Source: Haliotis rubra (Eukaryota). From it: DNA of 64,000 bases. The stretch spans positions 186,001 through 250,000 of the forward strand of contig NW_025766981.1 of the NCBI RefSeq assembly GCF_003918875.1, read 5' to 3'. Below, one piece after another: positions 13,453 through 27,500 of the stretch; positions within the stretch are counted from its first letter, which is position 1, and the number at the start of each line of letters is the position of its first letter. Below the pieces are notes generated by a model. That model searched no databases. It was not told the DNA's origin and worked only from the letters and a program-made list of their open reading frames with translations. Made by a program: the position numbers and the translations under genes.

Positions 13453-15306
13453 CAGAACCATAAAAGTTGTGGGTCCTGATCAGAATGTGTAGTCCCTATA
13501 TTTTAGCTGCAATATACGTTATCTGCAGCTCGGTAGTTTCCACAGTCGACTTCTCATGGAAGAACTGTTCCATTGACGTATCGCAGGGGTCTGCACACCG
13601 CCATATATCGTCTACTATTGTAAATGAACTGAAAGCGATACCTTGTCAGTGTATGCAGTTTGCAATGCATTCGGATAATTTGTTCGAGGTTAAAAAATCA
13701 TATGTCAGTAATCTAAATTGCCTCTTCGAAAATGATACTTGTTTCACTTACAGATAACAGCTGCTGATCGAGATAAAAACTGGAAATTCATATATGATAT
13801 TTTATGAAAAATAGTACTCTTATTTGTTGGGGATGGAAAAGCTGTCGGCCATAAGGATGTACAGAAAACATAAGCTGCGGATCCGAGTGGTTTTCAGTCG
13901 GCGTCGGGCCTAAGGACGGACGTACTTGCAATTGCCGGACATACAGGGTACACCCGAGAATTGGAACAAATATTATGGCTCGGGCGGTCAATGATGACAA
14001 AAGGGTGATGTTCACGCTGTGGAATCTGCACTGGTAATGAAAAAAGCGGGAAGCAGCGGCCTTTAAAATAAATCGGGAATACGCTCGGAATACGTTTGGC
14101 ATTCGTAAGACGTACGTCAGGCGGTCGGCACAAGTTGGGTGCGTCGGGAATACGCTCGACATGCGCACTACATATACAGCCATTTGCAGCAAGAAACATA
14201 GTGTTATGTAAATCATAGTTTACGCACCTCATACGCAATGGATGCGCTGATTTCGTTATTTATACGCTCGATGTGCGTCACACATTAAAGTCCAAGCAAT
14301 CGATTTTTTTCGCAATTCTGAGCGTAGTCACTGAGTCAGCGGTTCACATGCCACAACCTGAAATGAATACTCCAACATAAATTCACAGTTTGAATTATTG
14401 GATTTTCAGCTGCTACTGGTAGTACTTTTCACAGCTGTCGGTTGAACGAGCCAGTGATCAAATTAATCATATATACAATCTGTATGGGAATATCAACACA
14501 TGTATTTAGCTAGTGATACAGGAACAGTTGTGGTCTTACCCCAGCATCAGCACAGTGATGAAGAGGAGGCCGGCAAGGATGACGAAGATGAGGCCGGGGA
14601 AAAAGGAGAGTGACGCCTTGTAGATTAGAGCCACAACACCGAAAACTGACGACGACGACAGTGCCCCTGTAACGTCACAAATAAAGGTAATACTTAAGTT
14701 GAAATTCTCATGTTGTTTCGTGTGGTTTGAGAGTTATCACTCATACCGACTCTTGTGTAATATATACTCAGCAGCAAAAACCCCAAAATAAAAGTCAGTA
14801 CGAATTCAAAATTAGATAGGCACTGTAATCAAATCATTACAGAAATGGACATAATAAGCTGATCAAAAACATTTTTGTGTACAATATCCTGACACATCAA
14901 TAGATAACTCAGCACAATTCGAAGACATTACGTGAACGTTTGCAGTCCATTCAGACTCTTGACTTTAGTATCTAGTGTGACCACCACGAGCGGCAATAAC
15001 TCCAGCACCTGGAAGGAATGTCTTTGCTCAGGTAAAGTTGGAGATGTTGTCAAAAATATGCAATCAAAATAATAATGAGTTAACAGTAATCCGTTTCTGC
15101 AAGGAAAATTCCAAACTGACGTTTCTTTTGCTGCTTAGTATATAGCTGTGGATAAGTAATGGTTATATTGTATTTGAGAGGCAGTTTTCTACAAAAACAC
15201 CCCGAATTGTCCAAACAAGCCATTGTCCTACTGCTTTTAAAATCGAGGTTTTCGCCGCTTCCAATAGTCATGCTGCCTTTTCAAGCCGACATCAATCATG
15301 TTCCTA

Positions 15307-15656
15307 TGAGGTGAGGTGAAATTGGGTTTTACGTCGTGCTTGAGAATATTTCGCTCATATGACGACGTGCATGCGTGTGTATGTGTATGTGCGGCTGCTT
15401 GTACTAGCCCAGACTTAAGCTGGTTTTATAGTGCTAGCCCACTGAGATACCATGCCGCAGTGAAGCATGAATACCCCACTCAGACACGTTATACTGACTC
15501 CGAGCCGACCAGTCCTTTACCCATTAATGCCGAGCGCCAGGCAGGGACCAACAAGTACCATATTTTAACGTCTTTTGGTATGACGCGGTCGGGGATCGAA
15601 CCCGCGACCTTCCGCTCTCCGGGCGGACGCTCTAACCACTACACCACGGAGGCGGT
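15307..15656 (-). mobile_element. tRNA-derived SINE, family C (central GTCATACCAAAAGAC domain)
   Basis: tRNA-like head (GTGGTGTAGTGG...GGTTCGATCCC) and (TCACC)n tail; further copies at 32421-32755 and 44412-44763. Confidence 0.85.
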
Positions 15657-16859
15657 CCATGGTAAACGAGTGTCCGATACTGGTTTTGAATTGATTATAT
15701 TTCTAGGACATTCTACCAAAGATGATAGCATGCCCAGGTAACTGACGTCTAAATTCTGTTGAAAGCTGCTTTCGGAACCTTTGTGTGAGAGAGCTTGTAG
15801 CTACATTTTACCAGCAGTGTTATAGTGACTGGTTCAGAACGGACATTGTCCGATACACATTTCATTCCAAAATGCCATCTACCATGCAACTAAGACATGT
15901 GTAACTTGATTGCAATTATTTATTTGATGCTAATATCCACTCCTTATCGTCATCACCACTGCATTGTATATTGACACAGCCAACCTGTGCCACTCATTCA
16001 TTACTGTTATTTATATTATGGCATATATAACCTTAAATGGTTATCACGTTTGGCCGTGTATGTCGTCACATCAATAATTCCAAGGCAGTGCACCACCGTC
16101 TCTGACATCTATACATTTAGGGGTCCGGTATTCCGGCTGTCTGTGTAAGGACGACCGCGAGCTGTGAGTACCTAGAGGAACGCCCTGAGGTTTAGCTGGA
16201 GCTCTTCTCACTTTATCTGTGTTGATACTTGTCGTAAGAGGCGACTAACGGGATCGGGTAGTCACGCTCGCTGACTTGATAGCACATGTCATCGTTTCTA
16301 AATTGTGTAGATTGAGGCTCATGGTACTCATCACTGGATTGTCTAGCCAAGACTCGATTAATTACAGACCGCCGCCATATAGCTGGAATCGAACCCGGGT
16401 CTTGGGCGTGACGGGCAAACGCTTTAACCACTAGGCTATCCCACCGTCCCTTTGCACGCTAGAAAATACCGTTGACTCATATATATTGTCAGATTTTTGA
16501 CATCATAGCATTGTGAGTCATGTAATTGACGACGTCAGGGCATCGTACACAATCTAATTTCACTCTGATCTCACACAAGCAATATATCCGGTGGAACACA
16601 GTTATGGATGATAAATATTTTGACCATGCAAGTGTCTGATCAAAACCGATTAGACTACAAACTTTGATTTGACTCACTCACTCTGATTAAAATACACTCC
16701 CAGGAAACTCAACTCTGGTACAACATCCATGTAATGGTTCCCAATTGCAAGAGATACCTCAGTTTTGAAGCAATATTCCGTCGTGTGATAATCATACCTG
16801 TTAATTTGGAATGGGAATTTTTAAATTGATTTCCATTTTGAACACCAAACATTAATTTA

Positions 16860-17580
16860 CTTTAATTGGCTCTGTAACAAACTGAAAATCGTCTCCAGAA
16901 TGAAACATTATCTGCAAACATCATTTGCTAACTGATCGACATTAACAGGTAGGTCGATGAAAACGTCCTTGATCAAGATATCAAACAAAACTGGGCTAAA
17001 TACACTTCCTTGTGGAGTACCTTTATCTGTGATGTGCATACCAAAAATACGTACCTGGATGACCATTTCACGAGGAATAATTGAAACAATCTAAACATGT
17101 TACCTTTCATTCCAAGATTTTGCAATTTAAATAGTAAACACTGTAGCCAAATCATATCGAATGCCTTTTCAATATCAAGAAATACGCACAACATATACCC
17201 AACATATATGCTGATCAGTGCATGGACGACATTTTCGAAGCCCTGTTTGAATTCTGGACAAAACCTTGATTTTCTCAGGAAGATACGTCAAGCAGTTCGT
17301 AACAATTCTTTCCATACCTTTACAAATTAGACGTAAGTCTAATTGGCCTATACGTTGCTGGTAGAGAGGGTTCTCTACCTGGCTTTAGCACAGGTATGAT
17401 TGTCCCTCTAAGCATTTCGAACAGATTCAGCGCTTATTCAAAAGCTCGCGAGAACGTCAAAAGCATAAGGATAATCTTTCGAAATCCCCGATTCCACTGG
17501 GCTTTGGGGACTAAGGCTGGATGTTTATTTGCAGATGACATTCCGCTATTTCAAAAATCTGTTTAGTGATATTTCCATTG
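16860..17580 (-). mobile_element. Decayed Jockey/I-type LINE reverse transcriptase fragment
   Basis: YRPIRLTS and VFLDIEKAFDMIW..LLFKLQNLGMKG fragments. Confidence 0.75.
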
Positions 17581-18089
17581 AAGAGTCCCTGGTATGGTGA
17601 TCTACCCTCAGTTGTTGGCGATCTATAGCCTACTTTTATATTGTGTTGTCCTCTATAGTAAAAATGTTTTAGATTTAATTGCTAGTTTTACATTTATATC
17701 TGTGATGTTCTAGTTGTTTTACTGTCCTTTGTTGACAGGATTTTATAATCTATCAATACTTATTATTAATCTATAACTTGGTTTAGTCACGATATGGCTG
17801 AAATATTGCCAAAGTGACTTTAAATTTTAACTCACTCACTCACTCACTCCATTGGAGATACCAACATCGATGAGTTCGTAGACATGCCAGATTCAACCAT
17901 AGGCAGGACTGTCTTCAGTTTCGACATCCACACGGCAGGGACATGCTCTAAGCGCATACAACATGATGGACATTATTACCCAGGATAACCCAAGCTGCCT
18001 GTGAGGCGCTGGAAGGTTGATAGTCATATCACTTATCCCACCAGGTACCCATTTTCTGCTGGTGAATAGAGGCAATTTTGAGCTAACTC

Positions 18090-18492
18090 ATTTATCTTAC
18101 CTCACACATAAATGTCGCTTTCTGATTGGCTGAGCGCTCTTCTATTATTTTCAATGTACCCCGCTTACAAGCGAGTAACATTTCAATGTACCCCGCTGTC
18201 AATGGTAACTCATTTGGTACTTCGTGGTAGTAATTCTTTATCTCGAATAACATTGAATCACGTATGATGTACGGAAATTACCGATGTTTTGCGAATGCAA
18301 ATGGCTAGAAGGGAGATAACTCTAAATCTGTTTTTCTTGTCAGCAAAATCTAGCGATGACTACAAAAGATTTGTACCCGTGCTTCAAACAATTCAAAATT
18401 AACATTAAGGTGTTCGGTAAGATAAATACGTTGTTCACTGGTCCCGAGGGTACATCAACCCATGGGCCCCGAGGTGACCAGTGAACAACTTA
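18090..18492. mobile_element. Non-autonomous element with subterminal inverted repeats and a 3' hairpin (Crypton- or Helentron-like)
   Basis: ATTTATCTTACC...GGTAAGATAAAT followed by the hairpin GTTGTTCACTGGTC...GACCAGTGAACAAC. Confidence 0.45.
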
Positions 18493-19004
18493 TAATACCT
18501 AAGGTGAGACCACATGTGTGCTTTCTTGTGTTACCTGGATGATTACAGTATGATACAGACACATGGCAATACCAATTCACACTCTGCGTGGGATTCAATT
18601 CTACACCAGTCAAGTTTTTTATACGGTTAAATATATCAATGTCTGGCAACTCCATTAGCATGCGTGTGTTTGTAGAGGCGTGAGACTTTGCCAAGCGTGC
18701 CATATTGAAATGGTAGTTGCAACGACTCATTGTTATCCCAATAATAAGGGAGCAGTTATATTAACTGTCTCTCTCAGTCGAAAGGATATTCTGTACAGCG
18801 AACAGATGGCAACCAATACACCCCATTGTCCAACACAACAATAAAACTAAACAGCAATTGATGACAAATCCAATATACATGCATTTGATACGTGGAAGCT
18901 CTTCAATACGTCTCTTGTAGGTAAGGTCTTGAGAGATGGATTATGTAGGGATTACACCTCCTGCATACTGGGTATAATGACATGTTTCGTCTGTGGTGAC
19001 TTGA

Positions 19005-19160
19005 GTGAGTTTAGTTTTACGCCGCATTAGCAATATTCCAGCAATATCATGGCAGGGGACACCAGAAATGGAGTTCACACATTGTACCCATGTGGGGAAT
19101 CGAACCCGGGTCTTCGGCGTGACGAGCGAACGTTTTAACCACTAGGCTACCCCACCGCCC
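19005..19160 (-). mobile_element. tRNA-derived SINE, family A
   Basis: Full-length copy with 13-bp TSD TGTGGTGACTTGA. Confidence 0.9.
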
Positions 19161-19702
19161 TGTGGTGACTTGAAAGAAGTTATTTGTTATTAGTGCTTTA
19201 CGAAGCAAGGCGTCATGTTTTGCCCAAACCGAAAGACGATTGTATGGCCACCAGAAAACCCATATTGAGAATCGAACGCTTTAATCACGAGGCTACCCAA
19301 CCGAACAGCTCGATTTAAGGGAAACTGTGCTACACAAGATACTGAAATGCCTGAAATGTACCCAACTGAACTATACCCTGTTTCAGTCTGTGGCAGCTTA
19401 ACGAACATATGTGCATCTGTTGTAGCCCTAAAAGACCTCTTCAAACCTAAGTCATGACAGCACCTGATGATTCTACTGTACACAAGGCCAGTTTCACAAC
19501 TTCCGGTGATGAAAAAGGAGACGTGGGTAAGTGACCCTCCCTACTCTGTATTCTAAACAAGTCACAACAAATAAATCAATATAGCAATTTTACAGAGAAA
19601 GATATTTTTTCTCCTACAACTTCAAAACAACATTTTATTAATTAAAATCTCGAACTTATAATAAATATTACACCTGGAAAAAACGTTATGCATCGATAAA
19701 TA

Positions 19703-21214
19703 TACTAGCCACATAAAGAAACTGTGCATTGTCAAAATATTATCCCAGTTGATAAGTACCATAACAATGTCAAAGGTACATATAAACTTTAATGGAGGGA
19801 GCATGAGACCATAACAAGTCGGGAGAATTTCAATTGAAAAGTCAATCACAATGACGTCACGAGTCCACAAGCGGGACAGGGGTCAAACGACCATGTCACA
19901 AGCTCCATAACGGGTATGTCCACCATCGGCATTGAGAACAGCAGTGCATCGACGACGCATAGAGCCTATCAAACGTGCAACGAAGGCTTGTGGGGTGTCA
20001 CGCTAGATTCTCTCAAGTTCTGTTGCAAGGTCAAGGACGTTATCTGGCGGATGCGGGAGACGGCGTAGACGTCGATCCATCTCGTCCCAAACATGCTCTA
20101 TCGGGGAGAGATCCGGTGAATTTGCAGGCCAAGGCAGTAAGTCAACGTTGTGGTGTGGCAAGAAATCCATAGCAACCCTTGCCGTATGAGGGCGGGCATT
20201 GTCCTGTTGGAATGTTAACCCAGGGCCATGACGTTGAAGAAAAGGAATTGCCACAGGTCGAAGAATCTGATCCCTCTAGCCCACACCAGTTAAGTTGCCC
20301 TGAACAATCACCAAAGGAGTTCTTTGGCGTGCTGTTATTCCACCCCAAATCATCACGGAACCACCACCAAAGAGATTCCTCTCCAAGACAAAGGCCTGTG
20401 CATAACGTTCTCCCAAGCGTCTATAGGCACGTTGACGTCCATCACTATGGGAAATGTTAAACCTGGACTCATCTGTAAAAACAACATTTCTCCACCAAAA
20501 CAAGGGTCCGCGGACATGATTTCAGCAACACATTCGGCGAGCTTGTCGATGACGTTGTGTCAGAATCGGCCGTATGGCGGGACGTCGTGGTCTGATCCCG
20601 TGATGACGTAAAGGTTGTCGAACTGTGTTGGGGTGGATACGGCGAGGTCCTGGGGTGGTTCGGGCAGTCATCAATGCAGTCTGAAACCTGTGGCGAAGAT
20701 GGGTCACCCTTATCCATCTGTCCTGTCTTGGCGTTGTTACACGTGGACGTCCAGAACGTGGCCGATCGATGACGTCATTTGTGTTCTGGTAGCGTCTCAC
20801 CAGTGCAGAAATGGCGTTCCGGTGGCAGTGGAAATGTGCAGCCACTTGTCGTTGAGACATTCCCCCACGGATCATCCCAATGGCCTCATGACGTTGTGCA
20901 GACGTGAGCCTTGGCATGCTATGCGTTTCAATAGCCGTTTAATTTTTTGAACGATCGCAAGGGCAGGGGTTGAGATTTCCAAAGCGACAGTGTTGTGAGG
21001 CATTCATTTGCTCTGTTTCTCTTTCCCGGAATGGACGTGCAACAACGTATTGCACGTCTCAAGGACGAATCCACTGACGTCACGGAACGTGGCACGTGCA
21101 TGCATGTTGGATTCATTTCACTTATCTCTGAGTTTAAATCCTTATGTGTCTACACAGGTTTGATACATTTAGATTTTATATTTGTGTATGCACAGTTTCT
21201 TTATGTGCCTAGTA
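19703..21214 (-). mobile_element. Near full-length Tc1/mariner transposon with frameshifted transposase
   Basis: TA-flanked TIRs TACTAG(C/G)CACATAAAGAAACTGTGCAT; HTH ORF 20522-20917; VVFTDESRF, FQQDNARPH and SPDLSPIEHVW (DD34E-type). Confidence 0.93.
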
Positions 21215-21519
21215 TATGTTGATTGCTAACATAATCATGTTCAAGTTTGTGTATGTATGTGAGTGAGGAGTGAGTGGGTGGGTGCGTATGTGAGTGAGTG
21301 AGTCAATATGGGGACACCAGAAATTACCCATATCGTTAATCGAACCCGGGTCTTCGACGTGACGAACGAACGCAATAATGTTCATTTAATAAATTATTGC
21401 AAGTGTACTTGCTGGAAAGTGTCTCCCAAACACGCCCTGTGGAGTATGTCCAGAAACAAGTGCAAGCGCCACATGTCGGTAATTATACTGCACAGGTTAT
21501 AATATCCAATCATCTTTCT

Positions 21520-22430
21520 GCCACTATGATACGAAGACGAATATCAGATGGCAAAATATGGCAAATTATTAGGATGCATAAAGCAATTGGAAGGGAAATG
21601 AATGTCCACTGCACAGTTGACAGTCGTTTGGTCAGAAAATACAGGGAATCCAATGAGGTGAAGGATCGTCCACGTCCTGGACGACTCAGGGTGACGTCAG
21701 ATCGTGAATCTGAGGCTCACTATTGAGGCTCACTCGAAGACAATCAATCGCCACAAGAACTGTTCTGAAGCACCACCGATTACCATTTCGACAGGTCTTT
21801 ACAAGAATAGACCGGAATCGCCTGGGGAGAGCCGGTTACAACTCACCAAAAGTCTTCTGCTGAGCGATATTCACATTTGGCTTGGTGTTTACTACGGCAA
21901 TGCTGGAATCGGAATATTTGGCAAAGAATAGATTGGTTTAATGAAAGCCGATCCCTTCTTCATGTAACTGATGGACGCTTGAGATCATGGAATCAGCGCG
22001 ATGCAGCATTTAGAACAAAGAACATTTAACCAACTGTTGCCTTTGCTTAAGGTTCAGTCATGGTGTGGGGATGTGTCTGTCATCACTGTAAACTTAACTC
22101 GGTGACAATAAGTGGGAATTTGATCAATGTATCCAGGAAGTGCTTGATCCAGTTGCTGTCCCTTATTTTGATGATCATCCTCTTGATACAAATAATGTCA
22201 TTATGGGTGACAACGCTAGGCCACACAGTAACAGCTTTCATTCAGAATTATGCAGTGGTCCACCATGAGGACCCCCTTTAGAACATGTGGGACTTTATCG
22301 GGCCACGGATACAAGCACCTGTTCAGCAGCAGCTAAGCACCAAGAATGGCGACAGTTTCATCTGCAAAGGATCCGGGGGATATGCCAATTTGGATACAGG
22401 CAGTTATCCCAGCACATGGAGGGTAAACGA
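21520..22430 (+). mobile_element. Highly decayed Tc1/mariner remnant
   Basis: KDRPRPGRLRVTS, WFNESR and SVMVWGC fragments. Confidence 0.65.
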
Positions 22431-22489
22431 GACGTTAATTCACAAAGTTCCAAGGTTACAAATAAACATTTCTGTCTCATCACATAAGC

Positions 22490-23582
22490 TGGTGCTCAAA
22501 GGGAACTTTACACCGCAACATATTACATAAAAACTCACAAAAACAAAAACGAAGTGATAAAACGATACTGGGCTATGCCGCACACGTATAGACCCATGCT
22601 TTCGAGGAACAAACGGCGAAACCAGTTAACGAATCACCCAAACATCGCAAAAAATCCAAAACGATGTAACACGAAATTCATAGAGACAGTATAAAACAGC
22701 CCACGCCACACGTGACCAACACAGTAGTAAAACGAACATTTGTGGCAGATCGAAAGAGGTAAAGCTGTGGGAAAGGCCCAACACGGAGCTAACCGCACCG
22801 TTATTACCAGAACCTTCGGCTGCACCCAAGCAACTGTCATCCCGCTAAGAAAACACAAAGGCAAAACGTGTAGGAGTGGTCGACCACGTGTGCCAACGCC
22901 CAGGGAGAAATGGTTTTGTAACGGCGACGTCACTAGGACACCGATTCAGTCGACATACAGTGTACCGGCGACAAACAGAACATGGTATCCGAGCACGTCG
23001 ACCCTACCGCGGAGTGCATTTGACTGTTCAAAACCGACGTCGTCGATTGACGTGAGCCAGGCGAGTTCGACAGTAACTGATGCGTGATTGGCGACGTGTG
23101 ATGTTCATCGACGAGAGTAGGTTTTGCATGTACAGTGACGACGGCCGGGCTCGTGTTTACAGACGAGTAGATGAACGTTTAGCGCCGAATTGCGTTCAGC
23201 TGGCCGGACCGTTTGGAGCCGGTAGAGTGATGGTGTGGGGAGGGCTTTTCTGCGGTGATCTGAAAACGAGAATTGTGATTATGCATGGCAATCTCAATGC
23301 TCGAAGATACATGGCTGACGTTTTGCGACCAGCTGCGATGCCATTTATCCAGCAACAACCACGTGGCATTGTCTACCAACACGATAACGCAAGGCCTCAT
23401 ACAGCAAGACTGACAAACGACATAACGCTTGTTTTGCCGTGGTCAGCATGTTATTCCGACATACATCCGTTAGAACACTTATTTGCTGTAGAATTGAATA
23501 CACTATTGAAATTAAACAGATGTTCATTCATATATGCCTTTATTTTATTTTCACGTTTGGTCAAACTTTCTTTTGAGCACTA
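22490..23582 (+). mobile_element. Tc1/mariner transposon remnant with TIRs
   Basis: TGGTGCTCAAA.. / ..TTTGAGCACTA ends; ORF 23080-23583 has VMFIDESRF, VMVWGG and YQHDNARPH. Confidence 0.85.
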
Positions 23583-23999
23583 GTTTACGCTTACTCTCTC
23601 GATCCCTACTTTAACACGTATCATTTTGGGCCAAAATAGATGATTTCTCTATTGTGTCATATCCGTTATTAAAACGTTGACGGAAACTGTCCTTTTGTGT
23701 TCTCTTGTAGTCAAGGCATGATCGTTAAGAAACACACGCAGCTTTACCAACGTACTGTGCGTGCGCACCACTGATATTAGCCAAGGCACACATCATAGAA
23801 AAAATTACAGAGGGCTTAACATTTTTCCGGGTGTAATATATTTTTTTGTTTAAACTAACAGACAGAAATGAATTTCGTGCCAGGCAAACGTGTGTACAAC
23901 AGCGGGAAAATAGTTTTCAAACATTATTGAGACCCCTCACACTCCCAGAATTTAAAATGGTCGACCCAAAACCTATGCATGCTAAATATGTTGTCACTA

Positions 24000-24440
24000 G
24001 GTATGACATTTGCAGTTCCATCGAGTGAAGTATCATATAATTATGGCATCTGCAGTTCATATGTGTGATGTGTCATATGACATTACAAGTTCAACTGTGT
24101 GATGTATGTCAAGTGGTATCTGCAGTTTAAATATGTGAGGCGTCAAATGGCATATGCAGTTCAACTGTGCGAGGTCACATGTCACATCTGCAGTTTAAAT
24201 GTGTGAGGTGTCAAATGGCCTTTGCAGTTCAACTGTGTGAGGTCAGTCACATGTCACATGTACAGTTTAAATGTGTGAGGTGTTAAATGGCATTTGCAGT
24301 GTAAATGTGTGAGGTGTCAAATGGCATTTGCAGTTCAACTGTGCGAGGTGTCAAATGACACCTGCAGGTCATCTGTGTGAGATGTCAAATGACACCTGCA
24401 GTTCAATTGTGTGAGTTGCCATGTCACATCTGCAATGCAA
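24000..24440. repeat. Degenerate ~33-bp tandem repeat in the intron upstream of the large MFS exon
   Basis: Repeated CATCTGCAGTTCAACTGTGTGAGGTGTCAAATG-like units. Confidence 0.75.
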
Positions 24441-24547
24441 CTATATGGTCCATACTCAATTATTTATAGACACGCTACACAGCAGATATATTTCTGCTAC
24501 CTGACTGATATGGCATACACATTGTTAACTTACGTTTTACAATTCAG

Positions 24548-27500
24548 ATTACGGCAGCATTGACCGCACAGTTCCTGCTCCTGGACGTCTCCACTACGTG
24601 CCCCTGGAGGTCTTAGCTCTCTTGTATTTCACCAACGGCAACTTTCTTATATTCCATCTTCAGTTCTACCTCCGCGAGAGGGCAACGCTGGAATACGATG
24701 ACAATCATCTGAACCACAGCCTCAACAGCAACAGCACAGACAGAGAGGACGCCATTCAACTCAAAGCCACGACTGACTTAATACTCCTGTTGTCATGCCT
24801 GATTCTGCCTGCTTGTCTGATTGCTCTCTTCATGGGGGGACTCTCAGACGTGTTTGGGCGGAAGATGCTGATGTATCTCTCACTTACTGGATCTACGGTT
24901 TATTCTATCAATATCATTATTGTCGTTCGGTTCGGTTTAAGTGTCTACTTTTTGTGTATAGGCGCGGTTTTGCATGGATTAGGAGGTTATTTAGCAACAA
25001 TGATGACATCTCTGTTTAGCACTGTAGCTGACATCACTGAAGCAGGGGACAGCAGATCCTGGCGTATGATTCTACTCGCCTTTATCATGTTCTTGTCCTT
25101 TGCTCTTGGAAACGCTATTCTAGGAGTTTGGATTGACCAAGCCGGATACCTCCAACCACTGTACCTCAGCATTGCTCTCTGTCTTGCGTCGTTTCTGGTA
25201 GTGATACTTCTCATTCCAGAAACGCACCAGACAGTCAAATCAAAATATCGTCTGAAAGAAAATTTATCTAACATTAAACAAGGATTTAACTTTTACTTAG
25301 CCCCGTCAGAAAATCGCACGTTGGTCGGTTTGTGTCTCCTGACATTCATCACGTCATTTTCCGTGGAATTTACGAAAAATATTATCCTAAATCTGTTCCT
25401 GCTAACTCGGCCCTTCTTCTGGTCAAAGACCCATATCACCCTGTATTCAGCCGGGAGGGTTTTGTTGTCTTGGTTCGTCATCTTACTGGCCACGCGGTGT
25501 CTGAGACGAGTCATGTCTAGCATCGGCATGACTATCCTTGCTGTCCTGTCAGGCGCTGCGTCTCTTGTCCTCATCGCGGTCAGCACCAACGACGCCATGA
25601 TGTATATAGGTGAGAGTCCATAGCGCCTGCATATTCCGTTCATCCCAGATGGTATTCTCTCTTGTCATTTTAATCTAACCCCTTCCGTGGTCCAGTGAAA
25701 CAGACAGGAATGTTAGTAGTTACATTCACTTGCAGGGGTATCGCAAATGACGTTATTTTGTAAATGGTACTAATGTAATCTGGTACTAAAACCCGGCTTA
25801 GAATTAGTCTTCAGCAACCCACGCTTGTCGTAAAAGGCTACTAACGGGATCGGGTGGTCAGTCTCGCTGACTTGATTGACAAATGCCATCGTAGATCAAT
25901 AACACAGGGACTTGTAGACTAGAAGCACATCATCATATCCATGTACTTCAAATTACGGTCTCATTCATTAGTTTCTAATTGGTCCCTTCAAATCTGCAAT
26001 GCTTGTTTTTTTCATATTCTTTGACGTGAAGTACCTGCAATTAGCATTATACCTTGACACCGAGCCTATCTCTATGTGGCAACTGCAATATGTTCTGTTT
26101 CAGTGGACTCGTGAAGATCGGGGTTAGAATTGATCTTCAGCAACCCATGCTTGTCGTAAGAGGCGACTAACGGGATCGGGTAGTCAGGCTCGCTGACCTT
26201 GTCGACACGTCATCGTATCCCAATTGCGCAGATCGATGCTCATACTGCTGATCACTGGATTGTCTGGTCCAGACTCGATTATTTACTGACTGACTGAATT
26301 TGGTTTTACGCCGCTTTTAGCAATATTCCAGCAACATCACGGCGGGGGACACCAGAAATGGGCTTCACACATTGTACGATTTACAGACCGCCGCCATATA
26401 GCTGAGTGCGGCGCAAAACTTAACTCACTAACCCTGTTTCAGCGGCTTTGGTTGGCGTATATGCCCAGGCAACGGGGCCTTTAATGAGAGGGTTTATGTC
26501 AAGCCTTGCAACGCCAGACCAGCAAGGTAAGCCTGATGTCCCTACATCATATATGCGTGTTTCACCTCAATCACTTTGAGCATCACGATCACACGCGATA
26601 ACAGTCATTTTTTTTGTTCTGTATTGTAAAAATAATTAGTTTCACATACGCATAACTAACGTGGTTGGTGTTTGGTTTTCAGCTGTTACAAATGATGTGT
26701 AATTACATGGAAGACAGCGAATTGGAATTTGCATTTCTGAACAGACAATGAAGCCGTCATATATTAATATAGTGAATGAAATACAATAAACTATGTGAAG
26801 GACAAACACGTTTATAATGAACTGGTCTGGGCTCCATACTTCATATTTTAGAAGAAATGGGAATAACGAACTCCGGTTATAACGAACTACAATTAGTAGT
26901 CTCCATGAGTTCGTTACATCCGGAGTTAACTGTAATGGCAATACCGATGTAAGGTACTTCATGCATTGGTATATCCTTGAACAAATACTCCTGTTATAAC
27001 GAACTACAATTAGTAGTCTCTATGAATTCGTTACATCCGGAGTTAACTGTAATGGCAATACCGATGTAAGGTACTTCATGCAATGGTATATCCTTGAACA
27101 AATACTCCCAAGAAGTCTTTCGTACAATACAGAATTTCGTTACTTGTCGAATAGTTTGAAAATTGTTTGCGATCTTAATGATAACAGTTATTGAACCTGA
27201 CGAGTAACACTACATTAGCGAAGGTCTCAAACTTGAAGACTGACTGACTGAATTTGGCTTTATGTCGCTTTTAGCAATATTCCAGCAACATCACGGCGGG
27301 GGACACCAGAAATGGGCTTCACACATTGTACCCATGTGGGGATTCGAACCTGGGTCTTCGGCGTGACGAGCCAACGCTTTAACCACTAGGCTACCCAACC
27401 GCCCCTCAAACTTGAAGACCGTGAAATGGTATGCTGCTTTTCGAAAGAGTCTCTCCTTACACAACTTAGCTAGGCTACGACGAAACGACTTCCAGCTATG

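Noticed and set aside
14521-14690. Acidic, exon-like segment as an MFS first exon
   Set aside because: The ATG frame and the acidic frame both stop before the donor, and it lies among repeat fragments.
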